From the NCBI RefSeq assembly GCF_000372725.1, contig NW_005202237.1:248001-312000 (forward strand): DNA of 64,000 nt, in the 5' to 3' direction. Position numbers and translations under genes: made by a program. Positions 43,903 to 54,737 of this stretch are shown piece after piece (position 1 is the stretch's first letter; every line of letters starts with the position of its first letter). The stretch comes from Emiliania huxleyi CCMP1516. Lineage: Eukaryota. A model generated the notes under the pieces. The model did no database searches. It was given only the letters and a program-made list of their open reading frames with translations, and was not told the origin of the DNA.

Positions 43903-45237
43903 ATGTCTCCTTCACGCGCAGCGGTCCTGGTAGCAAGCGCGTCGCTCGTCGTCATCGTTCTGAGCCTCCGCCGCCGCACGCCCAGCAGCGCCAAGCACCG
44001 CCGCAGGTCGACGGCTGCCGCGCCACCGAAAGTGTCTCGCGGTCCGAATGGGCTTGAGAGGATGGCTGGCGGTAACCCAGCAGGCGAGCCGTGTCCGTCC
44101 ATTGCCCGGTTCGGCAAGTGCAACAAGCGTGCTTGCTCCTACTCGCACCAGCTTGCCCATGCCCTCTCGGCCAGAGGCGGCGGCGGTGGCGATGCGACGG
44201 GCAGCGGCGGCGGCGGCGGCGGCGGCAGCGGCAGCGGAAAGCCGCGGCGCGGCGGCCAATCGGCTCTGCGCAGTCGCTTCTACGCAAAGAGCGCGGACGG
44301 GCTCCTCCCGTGCAGCCTCCGCTTTGTGGACCGCTTCCTGCGCTGGGAGTGCGGCCGCCACCTCCTCGGGCTCGGCCTCTTCCCCGACGCGAAGGAGATC
44401 TCCGAGTCGGTCGCGTGCCTGCAGGCGGTGCTCGAGCACTGCGCACAGCACGCCTTCTCGCCCGCGAGCGGCGACACGCTCGTCGTCTGCGTCGGCGACG
44501 GCCGCACGCCGCGCACGGCGGCCCTGGTGGCGATGCGTTCGCGGTGGGACTGCGTGTCCATCGACCCGGCGCTAGCTGGCCTCGAGCCGCCGGCCGCCGG
44601 AGAAGAGGGGGAGGGCGGCAGCGGCGATGGCGGCAGCAGTGGCGGCGGCGAGTGCGACAGCCGCTGCGGAGAGTGCAGCGACGGGGACCCCGCCGCCGAG
44701 CCTCTGGCGCGGCTCGAGAAGGTTGCGCAAGCGCGGCGGGGCGGCGGCGGAGGCGGCGCGCCCAAGCCGCTTCCGGTGCCCAAGGAGCTGAGGCACGCCA
44801 ACCTGCTCTCCCAGGAGGCGAGCGACGCAGCGCGCGCGCAGCGGGCGCGGCTGCGGACGGAGCTCCGCTCGATCGCGCGGCTGCGGCTGCTGTCGTGCCG
44901 AGCCGAGGAGGCTGCTGTCTGGGTGGCTGCGCGCGTCACCTCGGTGGTTGTGATGCTTCCGCACGCGCACGTCACGCCCGACGAGGCGCTCGGCTGCCTG
45001 CGCTTCGGCGGCGAGCGAGAGCGGGGGTCGGCCGTCCCGGCCATTGCGGTGGTGCAGCTCCCTTGCTGCGGCTACGTCTGGCACGGCACCGCTCTGGGGC
45101 AGCCGCCCGACGTCGAGAGGCTGGACGGGCGGATCTGCGCCGCAGCGCGGACGGTGCGGGTGTGGAGGGACGTGTCGGCGCACTTCAACTTTGGCGCCTC
45201 CGCGCGCGGGCTGGGCGCGAGGACCGCGGGAGGGTAG
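43903..45237 (+). CDS. Membrane-anchored CCCH zinc-finger / SAM-methyltransferase-like protein
   Basis: N-terminal hydrophobic anchor; CPSIARFGKCNKRACSYSH; VVCVGDGRTPRT, SIDP, PHAH and QLPCC. Confidence 0.6.
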   Translation: MSPSRAAVLVASASLVVIVLSLRRRTPSSAKHRRRSTAAAPPKVSRGPNGLERMAGGNPAGEPCPSIARFGKCNKRACSYSHQLAHALSARGGGGGDATGSGGGGGGGSGSGKPRRGGQSALRSRFYAKSADGLLPCSLRFVDRFLRWECGRHLLGLGLFPDAKEISESVACLQAVLEHCAQHAFSPASGDTLVVCVGDGRTPRTAALVAMRSRWDCVSIDPALAGLEPPAAGEEGEGGSGDGGSSGGGECDSRCGECSDGDPAAEPLARLEKVAQARRGGGGGGAPKPLPVPKELRHANLLSQEASDAARAQRARLRTELRSIARLRLLSCRAEEAAVWVAARVTSVVVMLPHAHVTPDEALGCLRFGGERERGSAVPAIAVVQLPCCGYVWHGTALGQPPDVERLDGRICAAARTVRVWRDVSAHFNFGASARGLGARTAGG

Positions 45238-46259
45238 CGTTGGCCGTTCTCTCCGTTGCGTCTTGCGTGATACACACACACAGTACTGGGCTGGGTTTTT
45301 AGGCATTGTGGGGTTGGCACTCCCATCGACCCTCATGACCTCCTGCGGTCTCTGAGATGGACACCAGTGGGTGTGGGACCACAGCCAGGATACACTCGAA
45401 GGCTGGGTAAGCAGTAGAGGTCGATACTCGACGCGTACCACATGGTCTGTGTCGCTGTCGGCACGCTGTCGACAGGATGTCGAGCGACACCGGTGGCAGT
45501 GCCACCCAGGAGTGGTCGGTCGGTCTCCCGTCATGAGAGAGCCACCATGTGATCCGTATGATGATTCCTGACAACCGCCTCAGTCAACGTTCGTCACAGT
45601 TCCCGCTCTGAGAGGAGCTGCGGGTCAGTTCGACAGCTGGAGCTGTGTCGCCGGCGTGCGGCGGCCTGCCTCCAGAGGTGCCTCTGAGGTGGACATTTTT
45701 TGGTCACCGTGAGAGAACGCGTTCGAATTTTCACTCCGGAATTTCAACTGAGCACGCGCACCGGCCAGGGCTACAATAGTGCCAGTGAGGCGGAGGCGCG
45801 AGTCGGAAGGCCGCGACCGTGAGTTGGTCCCAACACTTTCCTACAATCGCTGTGAACCCAGCCACGTATATTCGGAAATGACCTATCTTAGATTGCGCGG
45901 CGCACCTCGAGCTCGGACGACGACGAGCGGCGCGTGTGGCGTGACACGTGACACGCGTCATTTCAGGCCGGACGTCTGCCTCAGACGCTCAGCGAGGAGT
46001 GAGCAGTGACGAGTGCGTGTGCGTGTGCGTGTCGTCTGTCGCGGTGTCGAGGAACGAGGAACACGTCGTACGACTACGAGGACCGGGCGGGCCTTTGATC
46101 CCGCAAACACCAATATAAAGGCATCATCAAAAAGAGACACTCCCTGAACTAGTGTGCGCGAGACTCGCGCGTTCCGACGACGACACTCGGAGCCGCGGGC
46201 CACAGCCTATGGGCCCGCAAAGTGGGTGCTGCTGCTGGGTCGGAGGGCTTCGGTGCACA

Positions 46260-49200
46260 TCAATACCCGTAGCCGCCGCCGCCGCCGTACCCTCCCATTT
46301 GCTGCGGCATCCCGCCGCCCATGCCGCCGCCCATGCCCGCGCCGTACACCACCATCGCGTTGGGGTCGCCCGCGCCGTAGTCCGAGTAGCCCGACGCGAG
46401 CGCCTCCTCCGCCTTCTTCTTCTCCTCCGCCGCCGCCTCCTCCTTCTTCCGCTCCTTCTCGACCAGCGTGTCGAGCTTATTCGTGATCTCGCGCATAGTC
46501 TGCACCATGAAGGGCATCGCAAAGTCGTTCAGGTTGTTGCGCCAGGCGAGCTCCATCACGACGTCGGGCCGCAGCTGCGCGTAGCACGTGTAGAGCGCCG
46601 CGGCAAAGCACGTGTTGAGCTTCTGCTCCACGAAGAAGTTGATGAGCTCCTCGGCGATGGCCGAGTCGCCCGACTCGGCCGTCGTCTCGATGGCCTCGTC
46701 CCACACCTTGTCCTTCTTGGACAGCTCCACCGACTTGGACCACTTCTTCGCGCGCTTGTAGAGCATGGCGCCGATGCGGCGGAACTGCAGCAGCGAGTGC
46801 TTCTCGCACATCTGCGCCATCTCGACCTGGTCGAAGTTGTCGAAGGTGACGACGCCCTTGGCGAGCGCCTCGTGGTCCTCGTCCTCGACGTACAGCGCGT
46901 AGAGCGCGTCGTTCACCTCCTTGATGTTTGCGGGCTGCGTCGTAAGCAGGTACGGCTTCACGAGCGGCAGGTGGCCCGCGCGCTTCATCTGCGAGATGAC
47001 GCGCACCTGCGAACGAGCGGCGGCCGGTTCACGAGGGCGCGCCGGGCGGGCGGGCGGTCTGGGCGGTCTGGGCGGTCGTTTTGGGAGGTTTGGGAGGGCT
47101 GAGGGTTCAAGCTGTTCAGTGCNNNNNNNNNNNNNNNNNNNNNNNNNNNNNNNNNNNNNNNNNNNNNNNNNNNNNNNNNNNNNNNNNNNNNNNNNNNNNN
47201 NNNNNNNNNNNNNNNNNNNNNNAAAAAAGAAAAAAAAAGAGAAAAAAAAAAAAAAAAAAAAAAAGTGGGACAAAGGGCTGCGATCAATCGAGCTCGGTAC
47301 CGCTGTCTCCACCTCCACCTCGTAGGCGAAGGCGCAACTTCGCAGAGTTAGAGGCTTGGCCAGTCATCCTGCGCACGAGCGCGCGGGCCGCAATCGCGCC
47401 CACAGCGACCGCGCCACCGACGAGCGCGAGGCGCATAATGTGCTAAACTTGGTGGTCGTCCGTCCCCTCAGCCAATTCACGGCGCTCCCGCCTTTTCCGA
47501 TGAGCTACGTTCAATCTCCGTAGTCGGCCACTCCTTCTGATCAGGGACGCTCCTACCTTTCAACCTTGAGCACCTTTACTGGATAGGGTCGATTCCGCAT
47601 GGTACGCGGGGGACCCCTCGATCGGACGATCGTCTCTCGCCCTCTCTCACTGGGCGGTTCATTTTCTTCTTCTTGTGTTCATTGGGTGGGTCATAAGACA
47701 TAACACACACGGTACAGGATCGAGGGCCGCCGAAGCAGTCGTTTCAACCTGTTTTGCCCGTTTGTATGCGCACCTTCTGTTCACGTACTTGATGGAGAAG
47801 CGCATTGGACTTACTATTAGGATTTCAACGCTGTCTTTGGTCCGACAGCGGACAGGTTCGGCGCCGGCACCGCCTCGAGATATACAACGCGCCTGCGGGC
47901 AGACCCTCGCCTTGGGTCTCACTACACCTTGCGGCGCGGATGGTCTGGGACGAGATCAGGCGGGGGAGGTAGCGAGTCGGCCCATTGCGTAGGTGCATAG
48001 ACGCTTGCGTGGGTGCGCAACTTCTCTTTCGGGGGGGTGGGGGGGGCGGAGGGCGGGGCGGAGCAGCATCGCACGTGGTCGACGCGCGAGGCCATCGCCT
48101 CGAGCAGCGAGTTGATCTCGAGCGGCGAGTAGTCGAGGTAGAAGGTGATGGCCTTGTAGAAGATCTCGGTGTTGGTCAGCTTTGCGATCGTGTCCTGCGG
48201 CGGGCGGCGGCGGCGGCGAGGCGGTCAGGGGGAAGCGCGCGCGGGCGGCGCGGGTGCGGGTCAGCGCGCGCCTTGAACTTGAGGTGCTCCCACGCCTCGG
48301 TCGGGTGGGCAATCATGGCGAGGGCCGCGTTGTCGAACTCGTCGTGGTGGAGGTGGAGGAAGACGAGCTCCTCCCACTGCGCATTCTCCTCGCACGCCTT
48401 GAGCATCTTGCGGATGTTGACGCGCGACCAGAAGAGCTTGACGTGCTCCATGAGCTTCTCCTCCTTGTACTTCGAGTAGAGCACGCCGAGCTCCGTGAAG
48501 ATGCCCATGTGCGCGCGCTCGAGGCCGAGCCCCGCCTGTCCACAGCAAGCCGCGTGAAGTGGCTGACAGCTTTGCAGCACGCTCGAGGCCGCCCCGCCTC
48601 CATGACGGCGATGATCTCCTCGAAGTGGCCCTTGACCTCGTACACTCCCACGAGCTCGTCCACCTGCGCGCGGCGGCGGGGCGAGGGGGGCGGTCTCGGG
48701 GCAGAGTGGCGGAGGGGCGGGCGCGGTTGGGCGGGGCCCCGCCTCGTCGGGGTTGACGATGATGTGCAGCGCGCAGATCTGCGCCAGCCGGAACTCGCCC
48801 GCCTCGACGCACGACGCGTTGACCTCCTTCCACGTGCGCGTCGAGTTCGCCTTGCGCGCGGCGTCGACCGACGCCTGGAACTCGCCGAGCCGCACGAGGC
48901 AGGTCGCGAGGCGCGCAAAGTTGGAGATGGAGGTGAACATGAGCTTTGCGGGCACGTACATCTCCTCGGCGTAGCAGCGCTCGGCAACGTCCTAAGGCGC
49001 GGGCGGCAGGAGGCGAGGGCGTGTCTCACGAGGCGCGTGTGGGAGGTGCCTGCGGGGCGGTGCCTCGCCTGGATGCGGCCGACGTTTGGCGCCGAGATGA
49101 ACTCCTCGAGCTCCGGGTGCATCTCCGCCTTTGCGTACGCGTAGATGAGCGACGTGTCGATGTGCGCCTCCTTGACCTTCTTGCGGCACATCTGCAGGTA

Positions 49201-52200
49201 CTCGACCAGCTTGGCGGGCTCGTTGGCCTGCTCGGCCACCGAGATCACCGTCATGTACTCGCTCGTCTCGCCAGCCTTGATGAAGGCGTCGATGGCCGCG
49301 ACGATCCCCTCGGGCGTCATCTGCGCCTTGCCGAGCATCGTCCACACCTCCGGGTCGTCAACCTTGTCGGCGAACTCGGTGGCGCGCTCGATCGAGGCGA
49401 TGTAGTCGATGAGCACCTTGGCCGCCTCGCGGTGCAGCTCCGCCTTCTTGAAGATGACGAGCGCCTCCTCGTACAGCTCCGAGCCGACGGCGATGTTTGC
49501 GATGTCGGGCATGTCGAAGTTGGTGAGGCGGTTGATGTAGTCCATCACGCGCGTCTTGTCCGCCTTGATGGCGGTGAGGATGAGCAGGTTCTGCAGGTTC
49601 CGGTTGTCGGAGAACTCCGAGTTTTGCAGCACGATCTTCTCGAGCAGCTCGATCAGCTCGTTGGGCAGGTCGGCCGTCATGAAGGCCTTGACGGTGGTCG
49701 ACACCACGTCGGGGTTCTTGGTCTCCGGGAGGGCGACCTGCACCACGGCGTCGACGAGCTGCCGCCGGTGCTCGTTCTCCTCCGTGAGGACGGTGGCCCA
49801 CAGCTCGAGGTCCTGCCGCTCGACGAGGTAGCGAGCCTGGGGGGGGGGGGGGGGGGGGGAGGTTCCGCGAGGGCTCAGGGGGATGGTCCGGGAGGGGGCG
49901 AGCGCGAAAGGCCCCTGCCGCCCGGCGAGGAGGCGCGCCTGCTGCTTGAAGAGGCCGTGCCGGTTGGTCACGTCGATCAGCTCCGCGTCGCACGAGCCGC
50001 GCTTGTAGCAGAGGAAGGCGAGGTGCGGGTCGCGCTTCTCGCAGTAGGCGCCGACAACCTTCGAGTCGTAGTAGTTGTTCTGCGCGAGGTACTCCTCGGG
50101 CCGGTTGTTCATGTCGATGTAGATCTTCATGAGCGCGTTGTGCACCGGCGCCTCCTGGACGCCCTCGTTGACGCGCGCCTCGAGCCACGGCTGCAGCAGC
50201 TTGAGCCGGTTCCGCTTCTCAACCTCCTCGACGAGCTGCTCCGCCGGCGCCATGGCGCGAACCGACAGGATGAGCGCGCGCACGAAGTCCTCGGAGCAGT
50301 CGGCGTCGAGGAGGGCGCCGGCCACCTGCGGCGCCTTCATCGGGTTGACCTTTTGCACGTAGAGCTCGATGTACTTGGACATGTTGTTCGAGTAGAGGAA
50401 GTGGGTCAGGTCCTCGACCATGTCGTACCTGTGAGACGCGACGCGTCGGGGGCGCGTCAGGCGCGCTGTCGTGATGGAGGCGTCCGGCGCAAGCCCCGAG
50501 CTGCGTCGCACCGGTCGCAGACGTTGATGAGCGGCCGCTGGTCGGGCAGCCGCGCCTCCTTGAGGAAGTCACGCACGCGCTCGGGGTCGAAGTGCGTGTC
50601 CTCGCGCGTCACGCGCTCGACCTCCTGCAGGTTGCCAACCTTGGCCGCCGCCTCGATGTACTTGAAGTGCACCTCCTTGTCCTCGGTCTGCGTGAGGATG
50701 GCGCCGAGGTAGTAGAATAGCCCCTCCCACGAGTTGTACGTGGCGAACCTGCGCCATGCACACGCCAAGGTCAGGGCAAGGTCAGGGCGTGGGGTGCCCC
50801 ACCAAGGAGCGACAGATAAGTCGGAGTAGACGGGTCTGCGTCAGCGTCTGTCTGCGTCAGCATCTAGGCTTGGGAACATCTCGATCAGCTTGTCGGGGCC
50901 CAGCTGCTCCGAGTACTCGCGCGCCACCTGGATCACCGTCTGCAGGTTCTGCCGCATGTTTGTCCGCAGCAGGTGGTTGAGGCACTCGATCGCATTCTCG
51001 ACCGACAGCGTGCCGAAAAACTTGACCAGGAACTCGGGCGGGATGAGCTCGGTGCGCATCATGGCGCGCTTCATGTCCTCGACGTTGTCGTAGTGCTCGA
51101 GCGCGCGCGCGGCGAGGCCCGCCTTCTCGCAGAGCATCGCGATGCGCGGCCGGTCGTAGTGGTGGAACATCTCGTTGGCCATGATGGCGTCGGCGACCTG
51201 CGGCGCAGAGGCGGGCGAGAGGCGAGGTGAGAGGCGAGGTGAGAGGCGGCGACGGACACCCGCCTCGGCGATGGCGGGGCGGCGGGCCTGTGGCGCCGCC
51301 ATCAGGTTCATCTCGAGCAGCCGCGTCTGCAGCGGCCCCTCCTCGGGCTTGTCCCCCTTGAGCACGTCGAGCAGGAAGGACGTAGCCTGCTGCAGGCAGT
51401 TGTGCTGCATGAACACGTCCGCCACGACGCCGTAGTCGAGCGAGACGCCGTCGGCCGCCGCCAACTTTTGCGCGAAGTCGAGCGCGCCCTGCGGGTTGAC
51501 GCGCACGATGTTCGTGAGCAGCAGCCCCCAGTCGGCCGTGTAGCCAACCTTCTGGCAGTAGACCATGATCTTGTCGAACTGCTGCGTCTCGACGAAGGAC
51601 TGGATCACCTTTTGGTTTGCGGTCGCGCGCAAGTAGACGGAGAGGGCGAGCTGCGCGTCGACCATCTTGATCATGTCGCCAAGCTCCTACAGCCGAGGGG
51701 CCGCCGAGGTGGCGTCGAGGTGCGTCCGAGAGGCGCCTCTCTGACCGCGCCGCCGCAGCGCCTCGGTGCACTCGAGCTTCTCCTCGGAGATCCACTTTTG
51801 GAGGAGGGCCTGCTTGCCCTGCTGGATGACGGGGCGGGCGAGCTCGACCGACTCCATCGCGTTGAGCTTGCCCTTCTCGAGCAGCATGCCGAAGTAGGTC
51901 AGGATCGGCGAGGGCTGCCCCGGCGCCGCTGGCGCCGCCTGCGAGGGGGCGCAGGGCCGGGGGTTTGGGTTGAGCGGAGTGGCGGGAAAGGGTGGGGTGG
52001 GGGGTGGGGGGAGGTGTCGAGGCGGCGGTAAAGAAGAGGCGCATCGTCGGGACGGTACCCTCCGCGATCCCCAGCTAGCCGCCCCCGGGATATTAAGCCG
52101 TGGCTTTGATGTCCCACCCAGTCGGAGCGCGGCGGCGCACCGGCAAACCCCGAGCGCTCGTTAAGAGTGGTGTTAGGAGTGGTGCCCGCCCCCGCATCCC

Positions 52201-53949
52201 TCTCCTCCGCAGCGACTCCCTTCTGCCCGCGGCCCCGCGCGCAGCCCCCCGCCCCTTCGGCCCTCCCCCTCGGCGGCGGGGCGGTGCAGGGAGGGGCAGG
52301 GGCAGGGAGGTGCTCGCGCCTGGAAGCGCTGGATCGTCTCCGGCGTGCGGAGGACCTGCTGCGGCGAGTCTGCGGCGAGCTTGGCCGCGCCTGTGAGGGC
52401 GGCGGAGGCGGGTGAGGGGCGGGTGGCGGCGACGGCTCGAGCGCGCACGCGTGTGGCGGCGGCGGTGGCGGTGTGTGGGTGTGTGGGTGGGGGGGTGGGT
52501 CCGAGGTTGTTGCGCGCCCTTGTAGTCTTGCGCGTTCATCAGCTGGTTGAACTGCTGCCCGAAGAGCTGCTCGGCGCCGGGGAGGTTGTTCCGGACGGCG
52601 AGCTTGAGCGCGAGGGGGTAGTTGTTGAGCTGCTTGCAGATGTAGGGCACGATGTTCGCCTCGTCCACCGTCACGCAGAGCACCTGCGCGTGGCGATGGC
52701 TGGTCCTTTGGCACGAGTCATTGTTCGCGCAGAAGCAGCGGCACGAGGCAGCGAGGCGCTGTGGGTGGTCCGCGGCAGGAGGTGGGCGCGGGAGGGGATG
52801 CGGGTGTGGGTGTGGAGAGGGAGGGGGGGGGGGGGGGGAACCTGCGCCGCCTCGGGCGGGAAGTAGATGTCCGCGTTCTTCTTGCCGAAGGGCGCAGCGC
52901 CCGGCTCGCGCGCCCCCGGCGCAACCTCGATGACGTGGAGCTTGGCGGCGGCGGCGGTCTTGGCGGCGAAGGTGAAGAGAGTGGAGTCGGAGGTGGCGCC
53001 GTCGCACTTCATCTCGTGGAAGGCGGCCGCGTGGCCTACAGACCGCCCCGCCCGCCCGTCAGGGCGACTCACGGGCGCGGTACGACGAGGCGAGTGACGG
53101 CGATGCGCCTTCGATCGGCTGCGAAACGTTCTTCTCCTTGGAGTAGAGCTGCATCGCGCCGATGATGCGGTTGGTGCCCGGCTCGGACTTGATGCCGACC
53201 AGCACCTGCCGCCGCGCGAGGCGGGTCGGTTCCGGGAAGGCGGAGGGGGCAACAGGGGGTGGGGGGGTCGCGCTGCTCCGCGCTGTCGGCCGGCGGGGGC
53301 TGGCGGGGCGGCGAGGCGGCGGGGCGCACCATCCAGTTCTCCTTGGCGGAGGTCTTGTAGTTGATGATCTGGGTGTCGTTGAGCGTCGCGTGCCGGTCGA
53401 ACATCTTGACGGGCTCCGACTGCCCCTCCATCGACCAGTGGTAGACGGCGTTGCCCGTCACGAGCGCGACGGTCGACGGAGAGATCCACTTCCAGTAGAC
53501 GACGGGCTCGGTGAGCTGGTGGGACTTCATCTTCGACTTCATCTCCATGTTGAAGATCTGAAGATAGTTGTTCGCCTTGAGCGCGATCACCTTGGACACC
53601 GGGTTCATGATCGCCGACTCGGCTGTGATCGGCCGGCGCTGCGGCTCCGTCGGCGTCGCCATGTCGATGATCACCACCTGCACCTGCCCGTTCACCTCCT
53701 CGCGGACGCAGATGTACTTCTCGGACTCCATCGTCAGCGAGGCGAAGGAGATGAACTGCGGGTTGATGCCCACATTCGTCAGCTGGACGAGCTGCGAGGC
53801 GAGGGGGAGGAGGAGCACGCGTCAGGAGCGCCGTCGCCAGCGCTGTGCAGTGCCTTCCAGCCGCCCCCGCACTCGCGGCGCGGCGCCGCCGGTCCACCCA
53901 CGCCCCGGCGCACCTCCTGAAACTTGATAGGCAGCCCTTGCGCAGCCAT
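46260..53949 (-). CDS. CHC: Clathrin heavy chain, multi-exon (about 20 exons)
   Basis: [101 protein letters not shown]. Confidence 0.97.
47827..48021 (-). repeat. 195-bp inverted copy of 43315-43509 inside the last clathrin intron
   Basis: Appears to be an exact reverse complement by eye. Confidence 0.9.
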
Positions 53950-54362
53950 GACCACCTAAGCACACAGAGAAAGCATGTGGGCGGTCGTTCGACGCAGCGT
54001 GCGCAGACTTGGCAGCGCAGAGCTGTGGAGGTGGCGCCGCGAGGGTCCGGGGTCCGTCCACTGCAGGCGCGAGGCGTGGAGGTGCCCCTATGGCTTGCGG
54101 GGCGGCCCGCGGCGCACCGATGGATCACGACTTCAGACCTTGAACCTCCTCTCTCACAGCGGGCAGAGGCAGGCGCCGAAGGGCAAGGCTCTGTGTCGGT
54201 CATGAACAGCAAAAGTAACTCGGGTTTGCGCTGTTTTGGGCAGTGAAAAACGGTGTGAAGGAGAACGCAGCAAGGCCGTTCTGCTCAAACAACTTTCTCT
54301 CCAGAGAGAGAAAACTTTTTAATTCGAAAATCGAGGAGGTGGTTATCCTTGGTCTTGTTGCG

Positions 54363-54458
<96 letters not shown>

Positions 54459-54460
54459 CC
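54363..54460. repeat. (CCTG)n microsatellite between the divergent CHC and MFS genes
   Basis: About 24 tandem CCTG units. Confidence 0.95.
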
Positions 54461-54737
54461 GGCCGGCCGGCCGCTGCTGCCTTCTGACTGTCTGTCGCTG
54501 TCTGTCCGTAGAGATTGTGACAGAGAGTATTTGGACCAACAAAACAATGAGTTTCTTCGAGATTTTGTTGCGAGTGTCCGTGCGTGGGTGTTGTAGTCTG
54601 CTAGTCTCTGTGCTGCGACCGTGAGCCCGGGGCTGTGCTTTTTGAATGTCTTTTTAGTCCTAGTCTTAGTGAAAGAAGAAGTTAGCAAAGTTGCCGCGGC
54701 GTACGCCCGGGGGCTGAGCGTTGCTCGCTCGCCGGCG

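Noticed and set aside
47223..47265. A-run as the tail of a retrocopy
   Set aside because: Abuts an N-gap, so neither a TSD nor authenticity can be assessed.
48946..50712. 588-aa + strand ORF, and similar long antisense ORFs over the ankyrin, ABC1, LHC and anoctamin genes
   Set aside because: Shadow ORFs caused by high-GC codon bias opposite real genes.
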